A stretch of DNA of 64,000 nt from Eledone cirrhosa (lineage: Eukaryota): contig OZ024759.1 of NCBI GenBank assembly GCA_964016885.1, positions 25,358,001 to 25,422,000 of the forward strand, read 5' to 3'. Below the pieces are notes generated by a model. The model was not told the origin of the DNA and did not search any database. It was given only the letters and a program-made list of their open reading frames with translations. Below are positions 13,561-43,280 of the stretch, in pieces (the first letter of the stretch is position 1; each line of letters opens with the position of its first letter). The translations under genes and the position numbers were made by a program.

Positions 13561-16500
13561 GAGGTAGAACCTTAGGAGGTAAAACCTTAGGAGGTAAAAC
13601 CTTAGGGGGAACCCTAGGAGGTAAAACCTTAGGGGGTAAAACCTTAGGAGGTAAAACCTTAGGGGGTAAAACCTTGGGAGGTAAAACCTTGGGAGGTAAA
13701 ACCTTAGGAGGTAAAACCTTAGGAGGTAAAACCTTAGGAGGTAAACCTTAGGAGGTAAAACCTTAGGATGTAAAACCTTAGGAGGTTAACCTTAGGGGGT
13801 AGAACCTTAGGGGGTAGAACCTTAGGAAGTAGAACCTTAGGGGGTAGAACCTTAGGAGGGGGGAACCTTAGGAGGGGGGAACCTTAGGAGGTAGAACCTT
13901 AGGAGGTAAAACCTTAGGAGGGGGGAACCTTAGGAGGTAAAACCTTACGAGGTAAAACCTTACGAGGTAAAACCTTACGAGGTAAAACCTTACGAGGTAA
14001 AACCTTAGGGGGTAGAACCTTAGGGGGGAACCTTACGAGGTAAAACCTTTGGGGGGAACCTTAGGAGGTAAAACCTTAGGAGGTAGAACCTTAGGGGGGA
14101 ACCTTAGGAGGTAAAACCTTAGGGGTTAGAACCTTAGGAGGTAAAACCTTAGGGGGTAGAACCTTAGGAGGTAAAACCTTAGGAGGTAGAACCTTAGGAG
14201 GTAGAACCTTAGGAGGTAGAGCCTTAGGGGGTAGAACCTTAGGGGGGAACCTTACGAGGTAAAACCTTTGGGGGGAACCTTAGGAGGTAAAACCTTAGGG
14301 GTTAGAACCTTAGGAGGTAAACCTTAGGGGGTAAAACCTTAGGAGGTAAAACCTTAGGAGGTAGAACCTTAGGAGGTAAAACCTTAGGGGGTAGAAGCTT
14401 AGGAGGTAGAACCTTAGGAGGTAGAACCTTAGGAGGTAAAACCTTAGGAGGTAGAACCTTAGGAGGTAGAACCTTAGGGGGGAACCTTACGAGGTAAAAC
14501 CTTTGGGGGGAACCTTAGGAGGTAGAACCTTAGGAGGTAAAACCTTGGGAGGTAGAACCTTAGGAGGTAGAACCTTAGGAGGTAGAACCTTAGGAGGTAG
14601 AACCTTAGGAGGTAGAGCCTTAGGAGGGAACCTTAGGAGGTAGAACCTTAGGAGGTAGAGCCTTAGGAGGTAGAACCTTAGGAGGTAGAACCTTAGGAGG
14701 TAAAACCTTACGAGGTAGAACCTTAGGGGGTAGAACCTTAGGAGGGGGGAACCTTAGGAGGTAAAACCTTACGAGGTAAAACCTTACGACGTAAAACCTT
14801 AGGGGGTAGAACCTTAGGAGGTAGAACCTTAGGAGGTAGAACCTTAGGAGGTAGAACCTTAGGAGGTAAAACCTTAGGAGGTAGAACCTTATGAGGTAGA
14901 ACCTTAGGAGGTAAAACCTTAGGAGGTAGAACCTTAGGAGGTAGAACCTTAGGAGGGAACCTTAGGAGGTAGAACCTTAGGAGGTAGAACCTTAGGAGGT
15001 AAAACCTTAGGAGGTAAAACCTTAGGAGGTAGAACCTTAGGAGGTAAAACCTTAGGAGGTAGAACCTTAGGAGGTAGAACCTTAGGAGGGAACCTTAGGA
15101 GGTAGAACCTTAGGAGGTAGAACCTTAGGAGGTAGAACCTTAGGAGGGAACCTTAGGAGGTAGAACCTTAGGAGGTAGAACCTTAGGAGGTAGAACCTTA
15201 GGAGGGAACCTTAGGAGGTAGAACCTTAGGAGGTAGAACCTTAGGAGGTAGAACCTTAGGAGGGAACCTTAGGAGGTAGAACCTTAGGAGGTAGAGCCTT
15301 AGGAGGTAGAACCTTAGGAGGTAGAACCTTAGGAGGTAGAACCTTAGGAGGGAACCTTAGGAGGTAAAACCTTAGGAGGGAACCTTAGGAGGTAGAACCT
15401 TAGGAGGTAAAACCTTAGGAGGTAGAACCTTAGGAGGTAAAACCTTAGGGGGTAGAACCTTAGGAGGTAGAACCTTAGGAGGGAACCTTAGGAGGTAAAA
15501 CCTTAGGAGGTAGTGCCTTAGGATGTAGAACCTTAGGAGGTAAAGCCTTAGGGGGTAGAACCTTAGGGGGTAGAACCTTAGGAGGTAGAACCTTAGGAGG
15601 TAAAACCTTAGGGGATAGAACCTTAGGAGGTAAAACCTTAGGAGGTAAAACCTTAGGAGGTAGAACCTTAGGAGGTAGAACCTTAGGAGGGAACCTTAGG
15701 AGGTAGAACCTTAGGAGGTAGAACCTTAGGAGGTAAAACCTTAGGATGTAGAACCTTAGGAGGTAAAACCTTAGGAGGGAACACCTTAGGAGGTAAAACC
15801 TTAGGAGGTAGAACCTTAGGAGGTAGAACCTTAGGAGGGAACTTTAGGAGGTAGAACCTTAGGAGGTAGAACCTTAGGAGGTAGAGCCTTAGGAGGTAGA
15901 ACCTTAGGAGGTAGAACCTTAGGAGGTAGAACCTTAGGAGGTAGAGCCTTAGGAGGTAGAACCTTAGGAGGTAGAACCTTAGGAGGTAGAACCTTTTACC
16001 TCCTAAGGTTCTACATCCTAAGGCACTACCTCCTAAGGTTTTACCTCCTAAGGTTTTACCTCCTAAGGTTTTACCTCCTAAGGTTCCCTCCTAAGGTTTT
16101 ACCTCCTAAGGTTTTACCTCCTAAGGTTCTACCCCCTAAGGTTTTACCTCCTAAGGTTCTACCTCCTAAGGTTCTACCCCCTAAGGTTCTACCCCCTAAG
16201 GTTTTACCTCCTAAGGTTCTACATCCGAAGGCACTACCTCCTAAGGTTTTACCTCCTAAGGTTTTACCTCCTAAGGTTCCCTCCTAAGGTTTTACCTCCT
16301 AAGGTTCCCTCCTAAGGTTCTACCTCCTAAGGTTCTACCTCCTAAGGCTCTACCTCCTAAGGTTCTACCTCCTAAGGTTCTACCTCCTAAGGTTCCCTCC
16401 TAAGGTTCTACCTCCTAAGGTTCTACCTCCTAAGGTTCTACCTCCTAAGGTTCCCTCCTAAGGTTCTACCTCCTAAGGTTCCCTCCTAAGGTTCTACCTC

Positions 16501-19500
16501 CTAAGGTTCTACCTCCTAAGGTTCCCTCCTAAGGTTTTACCTCCTAAGGTTCTACATCCTAAGGTTTTACCTCCTAAGGTTCTACCTCCTAAGGTTTTAC
16601 CTCCTAAGGTTTTACCTCCTAAGGTTTTACCTCCTAAGGTTTTACCTTCTAAGGTTCTACCTCCTAAGGTTTTACCTCCTAAGGTTCTACATCCTAAGGT
16701 TCTACCTCCTAAGGTTTTACCTCCTAAGGTTTTACCTCCTAAGGTTCCCTCCTAAGGTTTTACCTCCTAAGGTTCTACCTCCTAAGGTTCTACCTCCTAA
16801 GGCTCTACCTCCTAAGGTTCTACCTCCTAAGGTTCTACCTCCTAAGGTTCTACCTCCTAAGGTTCCCTCCTAAGGTTCTACCTCCTAAGGTTCTACCTCC
16901 TAAGGTTCTACCTCCTAAGGTTCTACCTCCTAAGGTTCCCTCCTAAGGTTCTACCTCCTAAGGTTCTACCTCCTAAGGTTCTACCTTAGGAGGTAGAACC
17001 TTAGGAGGTAGAACCTTAGGAGGTAGAACCCTAGGAGGTAGAACCTTAGGAGGGAACCTTAGGAGGTAGAACCTTAGGAGGTAGAACCTTAGGAGGTAGA
17101 ACCTTAGGAGGTAGAGCCTTAGGAGGTAGAACCTTAGGAGGTAGAACCTTAGGAGGGAACCTTAGGAGGTAAAACCTTAGGAGGGAACCTTAGGAGGTAA
17201 AACCTTAGGAGGTAAAACCTTAGGAGGTAGTGCCTTAGGAGGTAAAACCTTAGGATGTAGAACCTTAGGAGGTAAAACCTTAGGAGGTAGAACCTTAGGA
17301 GGTAAAACCTTAGGAGGTAAAACCTTAGGAGGTAAAACCTTAGGAGGTAAAACCTTAGGAGGTAGAACCTTAGGAGGTAAAACCTTAGGAGGTAAAACCT
17401 TAGGAGGTAAAACCTTAGGAGGTAGAACCCTAGGAGGTAAAACCTTAGGAGGTAAAACCTTAGGAGGTAGAACCTTAGGAGGTAAAACCTTAGGAGGTAG
17501 AACCTTAGGAGGTAAAACCTTAGGAGGTAAAACCTTAGGAGGTAAAACCTTAGGAGGTAAAACCTTAGGAGGGAACACCTTAGGAGGTAAAACCTTAGGA
17601 GGTAAAACCTTAGGATGTAGAACCTTAGGAGGTAAAACCTTAGGAGGGAACACCTTAGGAGGTAAAACCTTAGGAGGTAGAACCTTAGGAGGTAGAACCT
17701 TAGGAGGGAACCTTAGGAGGTAGAACCTTAGGAGGTAGAACCTTAGGAGGTAGAACCTTAGGAGGTAGAGCCTTAGGAGGTAGAACCTTAGGAGGTAGAA
17801 CCTTAGGAGGTAGAACCTTAGGAGGGAACCTTAGGAGGTAAAACCTTAGGAGGGAACCTTAGGAGGTAGAACCTTAGGAGGTAGAGCCTTAGGATGTAGA
17901 ACCTTAGGAGGTAAAACCTTAGGAGGTAAAACCTTAGGAGGTAGTGCCTTAGGATGTAGAACCTTAGGAGGTAAAACCTTAGGGGGTAGAACCTTAGGGG
18001 GTAGAACCTTAGGAGGTAGAACCTTAGGAGGTAAAACCTTAGGGGGTAGAACCTTAGGAGGTAAAACCTTAGGAGGTAAAACCTTAGGAGGTAGAACCTT
18101 AGAAGGTAAAACCTTAGGAGGTAGAACCTTAGGAGGTAGAACCTTAGGAGGTAAAACCTTAGGAGGTAGAACCTTAGGAGGTAAAACCTTAGGAGGTAGA
18201 ACCTTAGGAGGTAGAACCTTAGGAGGTAGAACCTTAGGAGGTAAAACCTTAGGAGGTAGAACCTTAGGAGGTAGAACGTTAGGAGGTAGAACCTTAGTGG
18301 GAACCTTAGGAGGTAAAACCTTAGGGGGAACCTTAGGAGGTAAAACCTTAGGGGGAACCTTAGGAGGTAAAACCTTAGGGGGTAGAACCTTAGGAGGTAG
18401 AACCTTAGGGGGTAGAACCTTAGGGGGTAAAACCTTAGGAGGTAGAACCTTAGGAGGTAGAACCTTAGGAGGTAGAACCTTAGGAGGTAGAACCTTAGGA
18501 GGTAGAACCTTAGGAGGGAACCTTAGGAGGTAGAACCTTAGGAGGTAGAACCTTAGGAGGTAGAACCTTAGGAGGTAGAACCTTAGGAGGTAGAACCTTA
18601 GGAGGGAACCTTAGGAGGTAAAACCTTAGGAGGGAACCTTAGGAGGTAAAACCTTAGGAGGTAAAACCTTAGGAGGTAGTGCCTTAGGAGGTAAAACCTT
18701 AGGATGTAGAACCTTAGGAGGTAAAACCTTAGGAGGTAAAACCTTAGGAGGTAAAACCTTAGGAGGTAAAACCTTAGGAGGTAGAACCTTAGGAGGTAAA
18801 ACCTTAGGATGTAGAACCTTAGGAGGTAAAACCTTAGGAGGGAACACCTTAGGAGGTAGTGCCTTAGGATGTAGAACCTTAGGAGGTAAAACCTTAGGAG
18901 GTAGAACCTTAGGAGGTAGAACCTTAGGAGGTAGAACCTTAGGAGGTAGAACCTTAGGAGGGAACCTTAGCAGGTAAAACCTTAGGAGGGAACCTTAGGA
19001 GGTAAAACCTTAGGAGGTAGAACCTTAGTGGGAACCTTAGGAGGTAAAACCTTAGGGGGAACCTTAGGAGGTAAAACCTTAGGGGGAACCTTAGGAGGTA
19101 AAACCTTAGGGGGTAGAACCTTAGGAGGTAGAACCTTAGGGGGTAGAACCTTAGGGGGTAGAAGCTTAGGAGGTAAAACCTTAGGAGGCAAAACCTTAGG
19201 AGGCAAAACCTTAGGAGGTTAGGAGGTAAAACCTTAGGAGGTAAAACCTTAGGAGGTAAAACCTTACGAGGTAAAACCTTATGAGGTAAAACCTTACGAG
19301 GTAAAACCTTACGAGGTAAAACCTTAGGGGGTAGAACCTTAGGGGGGAACCTTACGAGGTAAAACCTTAGGAGGTAGAACCTTAGGGGGGAACCTTAGGA
19401 GGTAAAACCTTAGGAGGTAGAACCTTAGGGGGTAGAACCTTAGGAGGTAGAACCTTAGGGGGTAGAACCTTAGGAGGTAAAACCTTAGGAGATAAAACCT

Positions 19501-19936
19501 TAGGAGGTAGAACCTTAGGAGGTAAAACCTTAGGAGGGAACACCTTAGGAGGTAAAACCTTAGGAGGTAGAACCTTAGGGGGTAGAACCTTAGGAGGTAG
19601 AACCTTAGGAGGGAACACCTTAGGAGGTAAAACCTTAGGAGGTAGAACCTTAGGGGGTAGAACCTTAGGAGGTAGAACCTTAGGGGGTAGAACCTTAGGG
19701 GGTAAAACCTTAGGAGGTAAAACCTTAGGAGGTAAAACCTTAGAAGGTAAAACCTTAGGGGGTAAAACCTTAGGAGGTAAAACCGTACGGTGTAGAACCT
19801 TAGGAGGTAAAACCTTAGGAGGTAAAACCTTAGCGGGTAGAACCTTAGAGGGGAACCTTACGAGGTAAAACCTTAGGGGGAACCTTTGGGGGGAAAAACC
19901 TTAGGGGGGAACCTTACGGGGGAACCTTAGGAGGTA
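13556..19936 (+). repeat. Tandem array of 15-bp unit CCTTAGGAGGTARAA (with shorter variants), roughly 430 copies
   Basis: Directly visible. Variants include TTAGGGGG, TTACGAGG and TTAGGATG. The block ~15995-16986 is in reverse orientation. Confidence 0.97.
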
Positions 19937-21412
19937 TGGAGGGATGGAGAGAGAGAGAGAGAGAGAGAGAGGGATGGATGGAGAGAGAGAGAGAGAGGGA
20001 TGGATGGAGAGAGAGAGAGGGGGATGGATGGAGAGAGAGAGAGAGAGTGATGGATGGAGAGGGATGGATGGAGAGGGATGGATAGAGAGAGAGGTATGGA
20101 TGGAGAGAGATGGGGGTGGGTGGAGAGAGAGAGATGGATAGAGAGAGAGAGGGGGGTGGATGGAGAGAGAGAGAGGGGTAGATAGAGAGAGAAAGAGGGG
20201 TGGATAGAGAGAGAGAGAGAGGAATGGAATGGAGAGAGAGAGGGATGGAATGGAGAGAGAGAGGGATGGATGGAATGGAGAGAGAGAGGGATGGAATGGA
20301 GAGAGAGAGGGATGGATGGAGAGAGGGGTGGACGGAGAGAGAGAGAGAGATGGATTGGGAGAGAGGGATGGATGGAGAGAGAGAGAGACATGGAAAGAAA
20401 GATAGAGAGGGATGGATGGATAGAAGGATAGAGAGGGATGGATAGAGAGAGAGAGAGAGAGAGAGGGATGGATAGAGGGAGAGGGGGAGGGATGGAGAGG
20501 GGGATGGATGGGGAGAGAGGGATGGAAGGAGAGAGAGAGAGAGAGGGATGGATGGAGAGGGATGGAAGGATAGAGAGGGATGGATGGAGAGAGAGAGAGA
20601 GAGATGGATGGAGAGAGGGATGGATGGAGAGAGAGAGAGAGAGTGATGGATGGAGAGAGAGATGGATGGAGAGAGGGAGGGATGGAGAGAGAGAGAGGGA
20701 TGGAATGGAGAGAGGGAGGGATGGAGAGAGAGAGAGAGGGATGGAATGGAGAGAGAGAGAGGGAGGGATGGAGAGAGAGAGAGGGATGGATAGAGAGAGA
20801 GAGAGGGAGAGATGGATGGAGAGAGAGAGAGAGGGATGGATGGAGAGAGGGACGGATAGAGAGAGGGATGGATAGAGAGAGAGAGGGGGATGGAAGGAGA
20901 TAGAGGGGGATGGAAGAAGAGAGAGAGAGAGAGGGATGGATAGAGAGAGAGGGATGGAGAGAGAGGGATGGAAGGAGAGAGGGAGAGGGATGGAAGGAGA
21001 GAGAGAGAGGGATGGCTAGAGAGAGAGAGAGGGATGGATAGAGAGGGAGAGAGGGGTGGATAGAGAGGGAGAGAGGGATGGGTGGAGAGAGAGAGGGATG
21101 GATGTGGAGAGAGGGAGGGATGCATAGGGAGAGGGACGGATGGAGAGAGGGATGGATAGAGAGAGAGAGAGAGGGGTGGATGGAGAGAGAGAGAGAGAGA
21201 GGGGTGGATGGATAGAGAGAGAGAGATGGATGGAGAGAGAGGGATGGATAGAGAGAGAGGGATGGATGGATAGAGAGAGGGATGGATAGAGAGAGAGAGA
21301 TGGAAGGATAGAGAGAGAGGGATGGAAAGAGAGAGAGAGGGATGGATGGAGAGAGAGCGATGGATAGAGAGTTAGAGGGGGATGGATGGAGAGAGAGAGC
21401 GGGATGGATAGA
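19937..21412 (+). repeat. Purine-rich low-complexity tract of mixed (GA)n/(GGAT)n
   Basis: Almost entirely G/A with interspersed T, and nearly no C, over 1.5 kb. Confidence 0.95.
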
Positions 21413-21502
21413 ATGTGACTGCTTAATCACCCTTGAGGCTAATTTACAACAACAACACTATATGCTGCAATAATTAGAAAATATTACAACAGAGAAAGAA
21501 TT

Positions 21503-21517
21503 AGAATGTTCCGGAAA
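21503..21517 (+). promoter_or_regulatory. Heat shock element (HSF site) upstream of HSPA9
   Basis: aGAAtgTTCcgGAAa is a perfect nGAAnnTTCnnGAAn, ~420 bp upstream of the ATG, and overlaps an ETS core (CCGGAA). Confidence 0.7.
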
Positions 21518-21535
21518 TGAACAGGAGGTGAATAG

Positions 21536-21547
21536 TACGCATGCGCA
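21536..21547 (+). promoter_or_regulatory. NRF-1-like site
   Basis: TACGCATGCGCA has one mismatch to YGCGCAYGCGCR, the site typical of nuclear genes for mitochondrial proteins. Confidence 0.5.
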
Positions 21548-21826
21548 ACATATTCACCGATTAACAAAATAACCAAAGAACACACAAAAATATAACCACT
21601 AAACAAACAACAAAAAACTACGGAGAACGATAGTGAGAGAATAAGAGAGAGACACACTGAGATAGATAAGGAGAGAGAGTAAGAGAGTAGCAGAAAGAGT
21701 AAGAAATAGAGACAGTAAGACAGAGCAGGACACACAAAGAGTGTAAGAGTGAGACGGAGAGTAAGAGATACAGGAAGAGAGAGAGAGTAAGTGATAGAAA
21801 GAGGGAACTCCATCGTAGTCGTCGGT

Positions 21827-21836
21827 CACACGTGTG
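21827..21836. promoter_or_regulatory. Palindromic E-box near the probable HSPA9 TSS
   Basis: CACACGTGTG ~100 bp upstream of the ATG. Confidence 0.35.
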
Positions 21837-21929
21837 TTGAAAGTAGGTTTGCTGGATCTTATTTTAGTGTGTTCTTTTTTTAAAATATAACAATTATTAG
21901 GAGGTCCTTGTCCTTCGTTTGTGCTAATC

Positions 21930-39943
<18,014 letters not shown>

Positions 39944-40392
39944 CCTCATTATATGCTTAATTAGTTAAAATAAATAATTAATTTTTTTTTTGTTTTATGT
40001 AAAGACTTTGATGGTGATAATGTAGTATTATCTGATCTGCTCACAATGATCAGCAATGCTACCTGGCCATTTATTTGTCATCAGCTAGGTGATTTTTAGT
40101 GTGACTTGGTTAGATAACATTTGTAAATAACTAGAAGTATATCAACTGGCTCTTGCCTTCTATTTTTTTTTCCCTACCCTACCACTCAACAACAAATTCA
40201 TTCTGGGACAACAATACCAGCAGCATTTCTTTTGTTTCTCTCTCTCTCTCTCTCGCTTTCTTTCTCTCTGTATATCTGTTATATATTTCTGATCAACTGT
40301 CTAATCTGTTATTACTAACAATTTCCTGGACCTGTTATAATTGAAGAGGAGGGAAACCTGTTAGTTGTGTTACATTGGGGAAAAAAAAATTC

Positions 40393-40398
40393 ATTAAA
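40393..40398 (+). terminator. Candidate HSPA9 polyadenylation signal
   Basis: ATTAAA followed ~20 nt later by a GU/U-rich tract (tttgttttgtgttgtctttt). A proximal AATAAA also lies at 39969-39974. Confidence 0.45.
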
Positions 40399-40825
40399 AA
40401 AATTATGATTTCATCATTTGTTTTGTGTTGTCTTTTATTTTATTTTATTTATATTTTTTTCAAATATAACCTTTTTGATACCAACCTGTCCTAAACTGAC
40501 TCTGGTTCTATTAAAACAAAACCACTTTAGCATTTACATATACTATTGTATTTTAGTGGTAAAGGCTTTACCTCACATAATATCAAATCTATGAGAATTT
40601 GATGTTATTTATTTTGAGAACAATACCTTAACGTCTGTATGAGCGGCCAGATACAGCTGGTTTAAATGCTAAAGGGTTAAATGGTCCCTATTTAACCCTT
40701 TTGATACTAACATGTCTAAAACCAGCTCTGTTATTATTAAAACAAAACCACTAATTTTAAACGGTTCCTATTTAACAATTTTGAAACCAACTTCTTCAAA
40801 ACTGGCTTTGGTTGTATTTAAATGA

Positions 40826-42760
40826 TCTTCTTCTTAGCCTACTTGTTGCTGAAAGTGTTGTGGTAGGAGGTAGTCCTCAAACACCTTGAGGGTCCTGCCA
40901 GAAGCAACTGTCTCTTACTGATCCAGCTGGATCCCCAAGTGTGACCAACCAAGGTCATGTATGTTATCCAATCATCTTGCTTGGGGTCTATCCCTGTCTA
41001 GTGATTCTTTCCTGAGACATTCTAACCACATGCTCATAGTTTCGGAGCTGTAATCTTGGAGAAGTAGTGGCTCTACCTGGATTGAATATCTGATTTCCAA
41101 GCTATGCACTTTATTGAGTAACATTACCCCAAAACCCTTCGGAGGAATCCCATTTCGCCGCTTGTATTTGCAATATTCTTTTGGTCATTACCCAAGATTC
41201 GTGACCATAGGTAAGGGTTGGCACGATAACCGAATTGAAGATACCTAGTTTGGCTTATACACCTACCTCCCTTCTTCTGATTACTGAATGTTGAAGCTTG
41301 CACTTAATTCAACCTGCTTTCCATCACTCATGAACATGGCCCCAAGATACTTGAACATCTCTACCTGCTTCAGTGGAATTCTATTCACATGTAGAGTGCA
41401 CTGTGCAGGCTTCCTTGATAGACTGAGCGTCACAGTTTTCGCAGCACTCATTTTCATTTCAGCCATACAGCGCTCGGCATCAAACCTATCAAATGAAAGT
41501 CAGAGATCATCTGTGCAAAGGAGGCTTACAAAGCTTAGCTTGGAAATAAGTCCTGCTTGCCCCTGTTGAGGGCAGCATGGCATGGAAGGCGGCCGGCACT
41601 GTGGCAACAGGAAAGTGGGTGGAGGCCGAAAGAGTCCACGGTGGATCCGCAGCGACATTGGTGTGGCTCGCAGATCCGGAGGCCGAGCCTCAAGGAAAAG
41701 CCAATGCACAGGCAATTATTGTCTAGCTGCGTGCCAATGGAGAAGGAGGGCAGGTCATGGACCCAGGCACCACTGGGGTTTTGAGGCCGCACTAAAATAG
41801 GCAAGGCTTCAATTTCTGTGTATATTGTCAATTACGATTTTATTTGATCATATATACTTGCGTATAATATCGATATACACTCTACACATGCTAGCAGAAA
41901 ATCACCCGTACTATAGGCACAAGGCCAGCAATTATTCCAGTGTGTTACTGGTACTTTATTTTATCGACCCCCCCCCCCCCGTAGGGTTGAAAGGCAAAGT
42001 TAACCTCGGCGGGATTTGAACTCAGATCATAAAGGGCTGTAGCTCTATGCTACAAAGCATGGCGTCCGACCTACTAATACTGCCAATCACGTATGCTCAT
42101 GTATATAATGAATAGAAGAGGTGACAGACCAATGGTTTCGATTTAGCACCATTTATCTGAACACAAATACTTGTGCAATGGTTTAGACATCAGGTCAGTA
42201 AGAAGCATACTGCTGCATAGCCTTCGACAGCAGGTCCTTAGGAACGCAGTCATATGCCTTCTCAAGGTCGACAAAACAGTAATATACTTGTGTGAATATT
42301 TGGTTGGTTGTGCTGCGTCCAGGTTGAAAACCATACAGATCATCAGCTAGCTTGAACTCGACAATCTCTTTGCCAGACATTTAGCAGAGACAACAATCTC
42401 TCCTCCCTCAATGGGATCCAGTCCATAACAGATTCTGACAGCCGGCGGGGCTTGTGAGTATCCCCACTACCACCTGTGCAGTCATTTCTGGCGCCATACC
42501 TGAATAGTGGAGTTTCCGTGCTCCATCCAAATCTACAGTATCAGAGGCATGGAAATTTGTTGTGGAAACCCCGACTACATGTAGTCCATAGCATCTAGCC
42601 TCCTCCTCTAGTTCCTGCTTCTTGCCTGTATGCAGGTTCCAACTGTCAAGGTTTGCTCCTTTGTGGACTGTCGGGATACGCAACCTTTGTGCCTCCAGTA
42701 CAAGTTGCAGGCCCATCACCAGTTTTTGCGGCATGAAATGGAGACTGCAATATATTTTCT
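40826..42760 (-). mobile_element. Degenerate RTE-clade LINE of the same family (APE start, RT, 3' end), internally deleted and interrupted
   Basis: SWNLHTGKKQEL (APE), YGFQPGRSTT, CFVDLEKAYD, LLCTDDL, FKYLG and a (GAA)n tail at 40826. Close similarity to 9230-9915. Shorter pieces occur at 6500-6625, 12735-12875 and 31157-31515. Confidence 0.82.
41562..41790 (-). mobile_element. Fragment of a CRE-like RLE non-LTR retrotransposon (zinc-knuckle region)
   Basis: SGAWVHDLPSFSIGTQLDNNCLCIGFSLRLGLRICEPHQCRCGSTVDSFGLHPLSCCHSAGRLPCHAALN matches the C-x-C...H...C...H pattern I recall for CRE-clade elements. Confidence 0.68.
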
Positions 42761-42885
42761 TAACAGGCTTAGACGTGTCCCTTGTTAACCTGCACGAAGG
42801 ACGATGCTGTAATATATATATTTCTACTACCCTAATTATTGAGTACTTTGGTGCGTTATGGTCCACCTGGTTCCTTACCTCTATT

Positions 42886-42916
<31 letters not shown>

Positions 42917-43172
42917 ATTTTATTTTTTTTTTTTTACGAAAATTCAAGGGAGATAACTCTTATTTCACGGGAGATAAGCCGAGCTTTACTGCATTTCACA
43001 TTATATTTAAACCTGCTAGAAATAGCAGCCAAACTATCCTGCAGTAGACTAGAAACATTTGTTGTAGTTATTAGGGCAGCGGATTGGCAGAATCGGTAGA
43101 GCATCGGACAAAATATTTCGCTGCTCTTTGCCTTTTCATCCTTTCGGGGTCGATAAAATAAAGTACTAGGAA

Positions 43173-43280
43173 AGGCGTGTGGCTTAAATGTTAGAGAGTT
43201 GGATTCACAATTGTGAGTTCGATTCCCAGGCCTAGCGATGCGTTGTGTCCTTGAGCAAGACACTATTTCACGTTGTTCTT
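43173..43280 (+). mobile_element. Second tRNA-derived SINE family with a CORE-like domain
   Basis: GGCGTGTGGCTTA...GAGTTCGATTCC...GTTGTGTCCTTGAGCAAGACACT. Related copies lie at ~25455-25560, 27490-27550, 35760-36000, 12150-12400 (-) and 28890-29100 (-). Confidence 0.65.

Noticed and set aside
13482-19618. ORFs with PPKVL / GGKTL repeats
   Set aside because: They are translations of the 15-bp satellite. Frequent 12-14 bp units break the frame and there is no splice or start context.
13556-19936. CRISPR-like array
   Set aside because: No unique spacers, eukaryotic context and no cas genes.
19901-21430. 509-aa and 403-aa S/L/P/H-rich ORFs
   Set aside because: The pyrimidine strand of the GA tract lacks stops by composition and several frames are open.
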